In this document: positions 8,021-16,891 of the stretch, piece by piece | Position numbering within the stretch: the first letter of the stretch is position 1 | Layout of the letters: each line of letters opens with the position of its first letter | IMG/VR virus record: IMGVR_UViG_3300020426_000008 | Coordinates: 1-44,675 of that record | Length of the DNA stretch: 44,675 nt | Source of the DNA: a virus | Lineage: Duplodnaviria; Caudoviricetes | Strand: one strand, 5' to 3' | Notes under the pieces: model-generated | Seen by the model: only the letters and a program-made list of their open reading frames with translations | What the model was told of the DNA's origin: nothing | Database searches by the model: none | Made by a program: the position numbers and the translations under genes

Positions 8021-8443
8021 ATGTCTAATCTCGACCGCGAGCAACGGGATGTTGTGGACCGGCAAGAGCGCGTCCTGCGCCTGGCCGAACGCGACCACGG
8101 GCTTTCGATCTCGGTGCTGTCTGCCGAGACCGGCCTCTCTGAAAGTAGCCTGCGCAGCTACAAGACCGGCACGGCCATGCCTCTGCACAACGCGGTCAAG
8201 CTGGCCAGCGTACTGCCCGACCACCTCGTCTCGCTGTGGTTCGAACCGGCCGGCAAGGTCGTGATCGACCGGGCAAGTGACGAAGACGCGTTGCTCGATC
8301 AGTTGCTGCTCGAAAGCACCGGCTATTCCGCCGAGCATGTCGAGCGCCGCGCGGACGGGGTGATCTGCCCGCGCGACAAGGAAGCGCTGCGCGATCGCGC
8401 TCGCCGCGTCGCAGCGGTTGCGACCAAGGTGGCTTGCTCATGA
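8021..8443 (+). CDS. CII-like HTH regulator
   Basis: LSISVLSAETGLSESSLRSY HTH; position downstream of cro. Confidence 0.65.
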   Translation: MSNLDREQRDVVDRQERVLRLAERDHGLSISVLSAETGLSESSLRSYKTGTAMPLHNAVKLASVLPDHLVSLWFEPAGKVVIDRASDEDALLDQLLLESTGYSAEHVERRADGVICPRDKEALRDRARRVAAVATKVACS

Positions 8444-8565
8444 GCGAGCCCCTTCCCTTCACGCGCGAGAATGTCCTTTCGTGGCTCGGCAACGTCCTAA
8501 CCGGCGCTCTCGTCGGGCTCATGCTCGTCGGGCTGGCTTATCTGGTGGCTGGGGGTGTCGCATGA
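8440..8565 (+). CDS. Small membrane protein
   Basis: MSEPLPFTRENVLSWLGNVLTGALVGLMLVGLAYLVAGGVA; ATGA-coupled. Confidence 0.5.
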   Translation: MSEPLPFTRENVLSWLGNVLTGALVGLMLVGLAYLVAGGVA

Positions 8566-8711
8566 TCGATCCTCGCCTCATCGAAGCAGAAGCGCTGCAG
8601 CCTCTCGACGAACCCACCCCCGCCCTGTGGCGCGCTGTCGTCTTCTCCTTCGTCACCGGCTTTGTCGTCGTCTCGATCGTCGGTGTCGGGATTGTGCAGG
8701 GGTGGTGGTGA
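8562..8711 (+). CDS. Small membrane protein
   Basis: C-terminal hydrophobic helix; coupled. Confidence 0.5.
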   Translation: MIDPRLIEAEALQPLDEPTPALWRAVVFSFVTGFVVVSIVGVGIVQGWW

Positions 8712-9037
8712 TGGCTGTTCACTGGTTTCCCGAAATGGATGAAGTGTTGCGCGCCCGGCTTAGCCAAGGCGTCCACATGGAAGATATTGGCGTCGAAATT
8801 GGCGTCGCCGCGAACACTGCTCGCAAGCGTTGCCGAGAATTGTCGCTGCCTTACCCGCGTCGCCAACCAGCGAAGCCGAAGGCTCCAAAGTCCAAGCGCG
8901 AACCGTTGGAAATGAAGTTTGCGGATCTTTTGGCGGATGGCATTCCGCCCAAGACGGCCGGTGAAATGCTGGGGTTGGCGTCGGGCAATTCCATGATGCA
9001 ACGCATCCGGTCGAAACTTGGGTGGCAGGCCGTATGA
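8711..9037 (+). CDS. GcrA-like/HTH DNA-binding protein
   Basis: WFPEMDEVLRARLSQGVHMEDIGVEIGV resembles the GcrA N-terminal HTH; second HTH at C-terminus. Confidence 0.55.
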   Translation: MAVHWFPEMDEVLRARLSQGVHMEDIGVEIGVAANTARKRCRELSLPYPRRQPAKPKAPKSKREPLEMKFADLLADGIPPKTAGEMLGLASGNSMMQRIRSKLGWQAV

Positions 9038-9402
9038 GCGCCTCCTCCGAATATCTGCGCCTGCGCCGCCTTCCCGATCATCAGGACGAGCAGGCCCGCA
9101 TCGAAGCGAACATGGTGCCGATCGCGAGCATCATCGACGCGGCTTCCGAAGTCTTCGGCGTCGGCCCGCGTGACATGCGCTCGCATTACCGAGCCCATCA
9201 CGTTGCACAAGCGCGCCACGCCGTCTGCAAAGTCGCCAACGAAATCGGATGGCTAGTCGTCGACGCCGCCACCGAACTCGGCCGCGACAGGCGCACCGCT
9301 CGCGACAGCCGAAACCGCGCCGCCGAACTCGAGCGCACCAACCCGACCTTTGCCGCGCGCCTCGCCGAACTGCGCGCCCGAACCATGGAGAAAGCAGCAT
9401 GA
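9034..9402 (+). CDS. DnaA C-terminal (domain IV)-like HTH protein
   Basis: IIDAASEVFGV...R...VAQARH...LGRDRRT pattern of DnaA domain IV. Confidence 0.7.
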   Translation: MSASSEYLRLRRLPDHQDEQARIEANMVPIASIIDAASEVFGVGPRDMRSHYRAHHVAQARHAVCKVANEIGWLVVDAATELGRDRRTARDSRNRAAELERTNPTFAARLAELRARTMEKAA

Positions 9403-10091
9403 CCATGAAGATCCACGACGACCTGATCCAAGGAAGCGAAGAGTGGCACCAAGCCCGTTGCGGACTTCTCACCGCGTCCGAAACGAAGCTGATCCTCACG
9501 CCCACGCTCAAGGTCGCGAATAACGAAAAGACGCGGGCCCATGCTTGGGAGCTCGCCGCCCAGCGGATCACCGATTACGTTGAACCGACCTACATCGGTG
9601 AAGCGATGCTGCGCGGCCATGAGGACGAAATCCTCGCTCGTGCGCTCTACGCCGAAGAATACGGCGACGTTCGCGAAACCGGGTTCGTGACGAACGATAA
9701 GTTCGGCTTCACGCTTGGGTGCTCACCTGACGGCCTCTGCGGCGACGACGGCATGATCGAATGCAAGTCGCGCATCCAGAAATACCAGGTGCAGACCATC
9801 GTCGAGGAATTCACCGGCGTTTCACTGATCCCCGACGAGTACATGCTGCAGGTGCAGACCGCGATGCTCGTCTGCGAGCGCAAGTGGTGCGACTTCATCT
9901 CGTACTCTGGCGGGCTCCCGATGGCGGTCATCCGCGTCGCGGCCAACACCGAAATTCAGGAAGCGATCATCGCCGCTGCCGGCGGTTTCGAAGAGCGCAT
10001 CCTCACCATCATCGCTGACTATCACGCCGCAATCGAGGCGCGGAAATACCCGCCGACCGAGCGGCGTGTCGAAGAGGAAATGTACGTATGA
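9399..10091 (+). CDS. YqaJ/lambda-exonuclease family protein
   Basis: QGSEEWHQARCGLLTAS, GCSPDGL, IECKS, QVQ, WCDFISY. Confidence 0.92.
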   Translation: MTMKIHDDLIQGSEEWHQARCGLLTASETKLILTPTLKVANNEKTRAHAWELAAQRITDYVEPTYIGEAMLRGHEDEILARALYAEEYGDVRETGFVTNDKFGFTLGCSPDGLCGDDGMIECKSRIQKYQVQTIVEEFTGVSLIPDEYMLQVQTAMLVCERKWCDFISYSGGLPMAVIRVAANTEIQEAIIAAAGGFEERILTIIADYHAAIEARKYPPTERRVEEEMYV

Positions 10092-10390
10092 CCCACGGCC
10101 ACAACAGCACCGCTGCCGACGAACGTCTGCGCCTTTTGATCGAGCGTATCGAACGCCTCGAGGAAGAAAAGAAGGGCATCAGCGACGACATTCGTGACGT
10201 CTACGCCGAGGCCAAGGCCGTCGGATACGACACCAAGATCATGCGCCAGGTCGTGCGGCTTCGGAAGATGAAGCCCGACGAGCGCAGTGAGCAAGATATC
10301 ATCCGCGAAACCTACATGGCCGCGCTCGGGATGCTTGCTGACACGCCACTTGGACAGGCGGCGTTGGGGCGCGCGGGGGGCGAGCAGTGA
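10088..10390 (+). CDS. gapR: GapR/DUF2312 family nucleoid-associated protein
   Basis: LRLLIERIERLEEEKKGISDDIRDVYAEAKAVGYDTKIMRQVVRLRKM. Confidence 0.92.
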   Translation: MTHGHNSTAADERLRLLIERIERLEEEKKGISDDIRDVYAEAKAVGYDTKIMRQVVRLRKMKPDERSEQDIIRETYMAALGMLADTPLGQAALGRAGGEQ

Positions 10391-11097
10391 CCGTCATCCG
10401 CGTCATCGACTTCGAAACGACCGGCACCGAACCGGTCGAGGGAGCCGAAGTGTGCGAGGTCGGAACGTGCGATCTCGACCTCACCGCCGGCACTATCCAT
10501 TCGCCCCGGTCGTGGATGTGCGGCGTCTCGAAGATGCCGCCCGAAGTTCGCGCCGTTCACCACATCTCTCTCGCCGATTGTGAAGGATGGGAGCCATTCC
10601 AGACCGCCCACCTCTTCGACGAGAAGCGGAATGCGAGCGCGAACGTCGACGCTGTCGCGGCGCACAATGCGGAATTTGAAACGAAGTACTTCGCATCTCC
10701 GGTCCCGGTGATCTGCACCTACAAGGTTGCACTTCGGGTTTGGCCGAACGCTCCGAGCCATAGCAATGGCGCGCTCCGCTATTGGCTCGAAGACGAAGGC
10801 AAGATCGCTCCCGATCATGCGCTGACCCAGCCTGCTCACCGTGCCGGTCCCGATGCCTACGTCACCGCTCACATCCTCAAGGCGCTCTTCGACACCGGGC
10901 TGACCGGCAAGGAAATGGTCGCTTGGACGAAAGAGCCGCGCCTCCTTCCGACCTGCCCGATCGGCAAGTTCCGCGGGCAACCGTGGAGCGAAGTCGAGGC
11001 TGGATTCCTCGGATGGATGCTGCGGCAACCTACGATGGAGGCGGACCTGAAATGGAACGCCGAACGCGAGATCGAACGCCGCGCGAAAGGCGGCTGA
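10387..11097 (+). CDS. DEDDh 3'-5' exonuclease (ExoX-like)
   Basis: VIDFETTG, AAHNAEFE, AHRAGPDAY, C-terminal PIGKFRG..W. Confidence 0.88.
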   Translation: MTVIRVIDFETTGTEPVEGAEVCEVGTCDLDLTAGTIHSPRSWMCGVSKMPPEVRAVHHISLADCEGWEPFQTAHLFDEKRNASANVDAVAAHNAEFETKYFASPVPVICTYKVALRVWPNAPSHSNGALRYWLEDEGKIAPDHALTQPAHRAGPDAYVTAHILKALFDTGLTGKEMVAWTKEPRLLPTCPIGKFRGQPWSEVEAGFLGWMLRQPTMEADLKWNAEREIERRAKGG

Positions 11098-11155
11098 CCC
11101 CCAGTTCCGACGCAGCCGGGAATGAGCCCGGCCCCGGAAAGAAGGAGCAAACGAA

Positions 11156-11791
11156 ATGGTAGATATGTCTCAAACGATCGCACCCAAAAGCGACCAACTC
11201 AATGCCGACGACTTGATCGGCGGGCCGCGCACGATCACGATCACTCGCGTCACCGGCAACGAAGGCAACGCCGAGCAGCCGGTCAACATCTTCTTCGAAG
11301 GCGACAATGGCAAGCCGTTCCGCCCGTGCAAGTCGATGCGCCGCGTCATGGTGAAAATCTGGGGCGCCGACGCCTCAAAGTACGCCGGCCAGTCCATGAC
11401 CCTCTATCGCGATCCCAAGGTGAAATGGGGTGGCATGGAGGTCGGCGGGATCCGCATTTCGCACATGACCGGGCTGCAAAAGCCGGAGACGATGGCCCTC
11501 ACGGCTTCGAAGCAGGCGCGCGCACCTTATACGGTTAAACCCCTGACGGTCGAGCAGCAACAACAGCCAGACCCGCGCGCCGCCGCCGACAAGATCATCG
11601 CGACGATCGGCCGCGCGCCCGATGTCGCGAAATTGGACGCATATCTCGCCGGCGAGAAAATCGTGGCCGCGATCGCCAGCTTGGGCGACCTCGCCGGCGA
11701 AGTGAATGCCGCGGCCGATAAGCGCCGGGCGGAACTCACCCCGCAGCCCGAACCGGACGAAGAAGACCCGTTCGCAGAAGAGGCGGCATAA
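11156..11791 (+). CDS. Conserved phage protein, candidate ssDNA-binding/annealing protein
   Basis: KSDQLNADDL N-terminal beta-rich domain, acidic DEEDPF tail, recombination-module location. Confidence 0.55.
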   Translation: MVDMSQTIAPKSDQLNADDLIGGPRTITITRVTGNEGNAEQPVNIFFEGDNGKPFRPCKSMRRVMVKIWGADASKYAGQSMTLYRDPKVKWGGMEVGGIRISHMTGLQKPETMALTASKQARAPYTVKPLTVEQQQQPDPRAAADKIIATIGRAPDVAKLDAYLAGEKIVAAIASLGDLAGEVNAAADKRRAELTPQPEPDEEDPFAEEAA

Positions 11792-11792
11792 C

Positions 11793-11987
11793 ATGCGCGG
11801 GGGTCGGCAGTACGGAAACCGGAAGCGGACGAAGCAGGACATGCGCGGTTCGGCATTGATGATGCTGACCATGCGCCAGTCTCTCGATGGGCTCACCGCT
11901 GAACAGATTTCGCGAAGCTACGGCCTGCCGATCCCCGAAGCCGCCGACCTTCTCAAGAAAGAAACGCTGCGGAGGCGCATGGCATGA
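11793..11987 (+). CDS. Small HTH-like protein
   Basis: LTAEQISRSYGLPIPEAADLL. Confidence 0.5.
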   Translation: MRGGRQYGNRKRTKQDMRGSALMMLTMRQSLDGLTAEQISRSYGLPIPEAADLLKKETLRRRMA

Positions 11988-12424
11988 TCGACTTCAACGA
12001 TTTGCACGAGGAGTTGAGCCCAAACCCGGCCTTCTTTGCTGAGGCGCCAGACGGCCGCAAGGACGTACCCGAACTGCGCCGGCAGACCGATTTCCTCAAG
12101 CTGATGCGAATGGCCGGGCCGCGAGTGCTGGTGTTCGCCAACGCCAACGCCGGGAAGCGCAACCCCCAGCAGGCAAGGCGCGAAGGCATCATGGGCGGAG
12201 TTTTCGATCTCACCTGCCTGTGGCGCGCCCGTTGCGCATACATCGAATTCAAGGGGTACACGAAAGCGGGCCGTGCGGGTGTGCTTTCTGATAATCAGGT
12301 TCGGTTCGGCAACCGCTTGGTCGAGCTCGACATCCCGTGCGCATCGTTCTTCTCGCCGGTCGCCGCGGTGAACTGGCTGCGCGAACAAGGCTTCCCGATT
12401 GCGGAGGTCAGTGATGCAGCATGA
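11984..12424 (+). CDS. VRR-NUC (PD-(D/E)xK) nuclease
   Basis: EGIMGGVFDL, YIEFKG, LSDNQ. Confidence 0.85.
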   Translation: MIDFNDLHEELSPNPAFFAEAPDGRKDVPELRRQTDFLKLMRMAGPRVLVFANANAGKRNPQQARREGIMGGVFDLTCLWRARCAYIEFKGYTKAGRAGVLSDNQVRFGNRLVELDIPCASFFSPVAAVNWLREQGFPIAEVSDAA

Positions 12425-12623
12425 CGCCATCCCTAGCGAACTGCCCCGCGCCCCTTTCGACCTGAATGACTTCGCCCGGCGGGCTGTCCTCGCGGGCATT
12501 CACCAAGCGGTCGATGACCCTTCCGAAATGAAATTCCGCATCATGCTCGCGCGTGATTGCGGACACCTCACCGATACTCAGGCGCGCGAGATGATCGTCG
12601 CTCATAAATTGGAGGCCGCTTGA
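12414..12623 (+). CDS. Hypothetical protein
   Basis: GGAGG RBS, coupled to neighbours. Confidence 0.6.
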   Translation: MQHDAIPSELPRAPFDLNDFARRAVLAGIHQAVDDPSEMKFRIMLARDCGHLTDTQAREMIVAHKLEAA

Positions 12624-14965
12624 GCATGGCGACGCAGGCAGTCCAGCAATTCGGCCCCGCATGGTGCTCCCGGTCGGTGGTCATCGTCCACGGGCAGCAT
12701 GACACTCGGATCGAAACCGGGGAAGACTACGACGCGGCGACACTCGCTTCGGTCTTCCTTATGGAGCCAACCACAAAGGACAAGCTCGACGGGGACGCCT
12801 TCATTCCGTCGATGCACCGCGACTACGACGCCCGCAACCATGCCGCGCAGCGCGAGAAGGGCGCGTTCGTTTCGCTCACCGGAGACATCGATAGCGGCAA
12901 TCACTCACTGCCCGCTATCGAAAAGCTGGTCCGCGGCTTTTGCAGGGACGCAGCCTGGCTGATCTACAGCAGCGCACACGCACGCCCCGGCGACATGCGT
13001 TGGCGCGTGATCATCCCGCTCGAGCGACCGCTACCCTTCGATGAATGGCACGACGCGCAGAATGCGTTCTTCCGGTTCATGGAGCGGGCTGAGGTAGAGA
13101 TGGATCAGGCGCTTGATCGCGCCGGCCAATTGGTTTTTCTGCCCAACGTTCCCGAATTCCACGGCAAAACCGGCGATCGTCTACGCGGCGAAGAGGGTTG
13201 GACGCTCTACTTCGAACGCGCCACCACCGGATGCAACGCGCCGGGCCTCGATATCACGACAGGCCCCATCGCGGTCGGCATCGCGGAAATTCGTAAGCAA
13301 CGCTCCGAAGACGAGCGCGAGCGCGAGCGGATCCGCCGCGAGGCTGAGCAGCGCAAGGCCAACCGTCCTCGGACGGAAGGCGCGCCGATCATCGAGGACT
13401 TCAACCGCGAGAACCCGATCGCGCGCCTATTCGAGCTTTACGGTTACGAGCAATCGCCCCGGCACCCCGAAGACTGGCGCTCTCCCCATCAGACCAGTGA
13501 AAGCTACGCCACCCGCATCATGGGCGACAAGTGGGTCAGCCTGTCCGCCTCCGACGCCGGCGCCCGCATGGGCGAGAACTTCAAGGGCGGATGCTTTGGC
13601 GACGCCTACGATTTGTTCGTTCATTTCGAGCATGGGGGCGACCACAAGGCAGCATTCCGCACCCTCTACAGCGAGCGTCGGGCATCGAACCCTGTCAGCG
13701 CGCCGCCGGTCGATACGGAAGACCCAGGCTGGACCGAACCACCTGAGTATATCGAGGCGGAACCCGATCTCGAGCCGGTTATCGCTACCGAAGAGCCCGC
13801 CAGCGACAACGTCCTTGGCTTCAATCTGGCCGACTGGTCGACGTCGAATTTCCTTGGTGAAGCCCCGCCGATTCAGTGGCTATGCGAAGGGACTATTCCG
13901 CAGGGCGTGCCCGCCCTGTTCGCGGCCATGGGCGGTGTCGGCAAAAGCTTCATCTCCCTCGATCTTGCGTTGGAGATTGCCGCGACGGTTGCTCATGGCA
14001 CGCACAAGCGCCGGGTTATGGGTGGCGAAGTCGTCGCCCGCGGGAGTGTCGTCGTACTCAGCGCCGAAGACGGGCGTGATAGCATCCACCGCCGCCTCGA
14101 GCGCATCGATCCCGACAACAGGCGTGAGCAAGCTGACGGTAAGGTCTTTATCGTCCCTATGCCGGAAGTCGGCGGCCCCATGCCTCTTGTCACTGGCGAT
14201 CGCGGGGAATTCAAACGGACGCCGCAATTCCATGCGTTGATCGATCAGCTTCGTCAGGTCGATGACTTGAAGCTGATCATCATCGATCCACTGCAGGCTT
14301 TCGTCACTGCTGACATCACGAAAGACCCAGCAGCCGGGCAATACATGTGGAGTGCATTTGCACAGATCTGCGCCGAAACGGGCGCCACGGTCATTGCCTG
14401 CCACCATATGCGCAAGGAAGGCATGTCGCGCATCGACAGCAGCGACACAGCCCGCGAAGCTATCCGTGGTTCGACCGCCCTCATCGACGGGGCGCGTGCT
14501 TCCTATGCGCTCTGGTCGGAAGGGGAGGAACAAGCTCGCCGCATTTGCCAGGAACTCGACATCGAATTCCGCCCGAAACGCGTTGTGCGCGGCGCTGTCG
14601 TCAAGTCGAATGACGAGCATGATTGGGAGGTCCACACATACATTCGCGCGGAGAGTGGCCTCCTTGAAGACGCTACTGATAACGCCCGCGAGATCACCAC
14701 TGCAGGAGATCGCCTGAGCGATCAGCAGCGGGACAAGGTATTCGACGAGATCGACGCCCGCTGGCGTTCGGAAAACCCTTTCGGGGCCTCACCACAATCG
14801 CCTGAACGCTACCTGCCAAACTGGCTGCAGCAGGAATTCAGCGTGTCGAAGCGGACCGCCAAAGATCACCTAAACGAATGGATGATCGGTGGCCTGCTGG
14901 CGACGGAAATGGTCAGCGCGAAGACGAAAAAGATGGGGCTAAAGGTGGCAGTATGGCCCAGATAA
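12620..14965 (+). CDS. Primase-helicase (N-terminal primase-like domain, AAA_25/RepA-like helicase)
   Basis: GDID and YSSAH..RWRVIIPL; Walker A AMGGVGKS; IIIDPL; CHHMRK; RGSTAL. Confidence 0.85.
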   Translation: MSMATQAVQQFGPAWCSRSVVIVHGQHDTRIETGEDYDAATLASVFLMEPTTKDKLDGDAFIPSMHRDYDARNHAAQREKGAFVSLTGDIDSGNHSLPAIEKLVRGFCRDAAWLIYSSAHARPGDMRWRVIIPLERPLPFDEWHDAQNAFFRFMERAEVEMDQALDRAGQLVFLPNVPEFHGKTGDRLRGEEGWTLYFERATTGCNAPGLDITTGPIAVGIAEIRKQRSEDERERERIRREAEQRKANRPRTEGAPIIEDFNRENPIARLFELYGYEQSPRHPEDWRSPHQTSESYATRIMGDKWVSLSASDAGARMGENFKGGCFGDAYDLFVHFEHGGDHKAAFRTLYSERRASNPVSAPPVDTEDPGWTEPPEYIEAEPDLEPVIATEEPASDNVLGFNLADWSTSNFLGEAPPIQWLCEGTIPQGVPALFAAMGGVGKSFISLDLALEIAATVAHGTHKRRVMGGEVVARGSVVVLSAEDGRDSIHRRLERIDPDNRREQADGKVFIVPMPEVGGPMPLVTGDRGEFKRTPQFHALIDQLRQVDDLKLIIIDPLQAFVTADITKDPAAGQYMWSAFAQICAETGATVIACHHMRKEGMSRIDSSDTAREAIRGSTALIDGARASYALWSEGEEQARRICQELDIEFRPKRVVRGAVVKSNDEHDWEVHTYIRAESGLLEDATDNAREITTAGDRLSDQQRDKVFDEIDARWRSENPFGASPQSPERYLPNWLQQEFSVSKRTAKDHLNEWMIGGLLATEMVSAKTKKMGLKVAVWPR

Positions 14966-14969
14966 TGGC

Positions 14970-15141
14970 GGCGGAAGTGGCGGAAGTAGGTCACGTAAGT
15001 CATTGTAATTCCTTGGCGGAAGTTCGGCGGAGGTCGGCGGAAGTTGGCGGAACCGCGGCGCCTAAGTTATTGAAAATGCTTGGCGGAAGTTGGCGGAAGT
15101 TGGCGGGCGGAAGTTCCCCCATACCCCCTAGCGACTTCCGC
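14970..15141 (+). repeat. Probable replication origin: GGCGGAAGT iteron array with two IHF-like sites
   Basis: 7 perfect copies, 2 variants and 1 partial inverted copy immediately after the primase-helicase stop. Confidence 0.75.
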
Positions 15142-15220
15142 TCGCTTGGATGCGGCGATGTCGCTGGCAGAAATTGGCATTTCTCAACCACCTCCCCCAC
15201 CTCATCGAAAGGCCATAGCG

Positions 15221-15619
15221 ATGCGGCATGAACGGCTTCTCTTGACCATCGACGAAAGCCTCGATGTCATCACCGAGATCAACTCGTGGTGCAGGCGCAC
15301 CGGCACAAACTACAATCGCTTCGTCACTGCTGCCGGTGTTCGCCCCTCGCTGCGCTCATCCGTTCGCCGTGGGACCAGGCTGACCATCACCACCGTCGAG
15401 ATCATCCGCAAGACCATGCGCGACAATCCCCGCGGCATCGATCGCGACGAACACAAGCGTCGGGTCAAGCGCCGGGCAACCGAGCAGCTACGTCGTCAGC
15501 AACAGCGCGATCGTATCATCCACCCTGCACTGCCGGTCCGTGTCGATCGCTCGCCCTGCCCGCGCTGTGGCACGCGCAAGGACATTGGATGCAAGCATTT
15601 CCCGAAGGAGGTGTCGTGA
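15221..15619 (+). CDS. HTH plus C-terminal zinc-finger protein, possible late regulator
   Basis: Helical N-terminus, PCPRCGTRKDIGCKH; directly before terS. Confidence 0.55.
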   Translation: MRHERLLLTIDESLDVITEINSWCRRTGTNYNRFVTAAGVRPSLRSSVRRGTRLTITTVEIIRKTMRDNPRGIDRDEHKRRVKRRATEQLRRQQQRDRIIHPALPVRVDRSPCPRCGTRKDIGCKHFPKEVS

Positions 15620-16164
15620 TGGCTAAGGCTCCGAAGAAGATCGGGCGGCCGTCCTCATTCACGCCGGAACTCGGTACGGCCATCTGCGAACGTCTCGCTC
15701 TCGGTGAAAGTCTGCGCGAAATCTGCACCAGTGACGATATGCCTTGCCGCTCGACTGTGATGAACTGGCTCGTGTCGGCAGACACGCGGGAAGAGCTCGG
15801 TGTGTTCTTGGACCAATACACGCGCGCGCGAGAAGCGCAGGCTGAAACGATCTTCGACGAAATTCTCGAGATCGCGGACGACGCCACGAACGACTGGATG
15901 GAGCGCCGTTTGCCGAGTGGCGAAACGATTGAGGTCGTGAACCAGGAGCACATTCAGCGGTCGCGATTGCGTATCGACAGCCGCAAGTGGATGGCAGCTA
16001 AGCTGCAGCCGAAGAAGTACGGCGACCGCATCGACGTCACCAGCGGCGGCGAGAAGATCCAGCGCGAGGCTGGTGAGACGGAGAAATTCTCCCGCCTGGC
16101 CGCGCTGATGGAGGAAAAGCGCAACGCCGGATTACTGCCCGATTTCAGCGGCGGGGAGGATTGA
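15619..16164 (+). CDS. terS: Terminase small subunit (Sf6-like)
   Basis: GRPSSFTPE..ICERLALGESLREIC; RLRIDSRKWMAAKLQPKKYGD. Confidence 0.9.
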   Translation: MAKAPKKIGRPSSFTPELGTAICERLALGESLREICTSDDMPCRSTVMNWLVSADTREELGVFLDQYTRAREAQAETIFDEILEIADDATNDWMERRLPSGETIEVVNQEHIQRSRLRIDSRKWMAAKLQPKKYGDRIDVTSGGEKIQREAGETEKFSRLAALMEEKRNAGLLPDFSGGED

Positions 16165-16493
16165 GCATGACTGTGTTCGCGGGTATGATCTTCCACATGG
16201 CCAGCTTCAAACCGAAGCCCGTGCGTCCGGTGCGCAGCGAAGCACAAATTCAGCGCCAGCTTGAGGCGCGCCTGTCGGAACTCGAAGCCGAAGCGCACAA
16301 CCGGCGCCGCAACGTCGTCTGTCGCGATTGCAAGTATGCTCGCGGCATCTACTGCGTGAACCCGCTGATCATGGGCTTCGGAGCGCCGGTGTTCCAAGGC
16401 TCGACCGAAACCGATCTGTGTGGGCCCGAAAAGGCGCTGTGGCGTGAGAAGCTTGGGCTCTGGGAAAGGTTTGTGGAATGGCTAAACAGGTGA
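16161..16493 (+). CDS. Hypothetical Cys-containing protein
   Basis: CRDCKY...C...CGPE; coupled. Confidence 0.6.
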   Translation: MSMTVFAGMIFHMASFKPKPVRPVRSEAQIQRQLEARLSELEAEAHNRRRNVVCRDCKYARGIYCVNPLIMGFGAPVFQGSTETDLCGPEKALWREKLGLWERFVEWLNR

Positions 16494-16891
16494 ACGGGTT
16501 TATCCCTTGGGCGGGCGGTCCGTGCCCGGTCGATGAGGACAGCTTCCCGGAGGTCATAACCGCGGATGGCGAGCGTGATTGTGAGCGCGCGAGCGATTTC
16601 CAGTGGGAGTGGTCGGACGAACACCCGCTCGACAACGTGATCGCTTATCGCTTGATCGATCGTTGGACGCGGGCTGAGATTATGTCAGGCATAACCGCCG
16701 AACAGGCTATGGAACCGCACAGCCTCTTGCAAGACATACCCTTCATGCCGGCTCCTGCAGTGCTTCCTGTGCCGTCTCTAGACCGCTTACGATTGGAAGC
16801 GGCGCACCTGCAGGGGCGATTGATAGTCGACGGTTTCGAGAACGGCAAAATGATCGTTCGCGAGATTGAAGACGACCGTGAACCGCGATGA
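16478..16891 (+). CDS. Hypothetical protein
   Basis: PWAGGPCPV...VIAYR pattern. Confidence 0.6.
   Translation: MAKQVNGFIPWAGGPCPVDEDSFPEVITADGERDCERASDFQWEWSDEHPLDNVIAYRLIDRWTRAEIMSGITAEQAMEPHSLLQDIPFMPAPAVLPVPSLDRLRLEAAHLQGRLIVDGFENGKMIVREIEDDREPR

Noticed and set aside
7675-8028. 117-aa ORF between the cro region and the CII-like gene
   Set aside because: Has an RBS-like GGAGG, but the composition is low-information and it overlaps strong hairpins; not confident enough to call.
14970-15141. CRISPR array or coding repeat (ORFs 14878-15231, 15000-15200)
   Set aside because: Units are 9 bp with no unique spacers and no cas genes; the translations merely reflect the DNA repeat.
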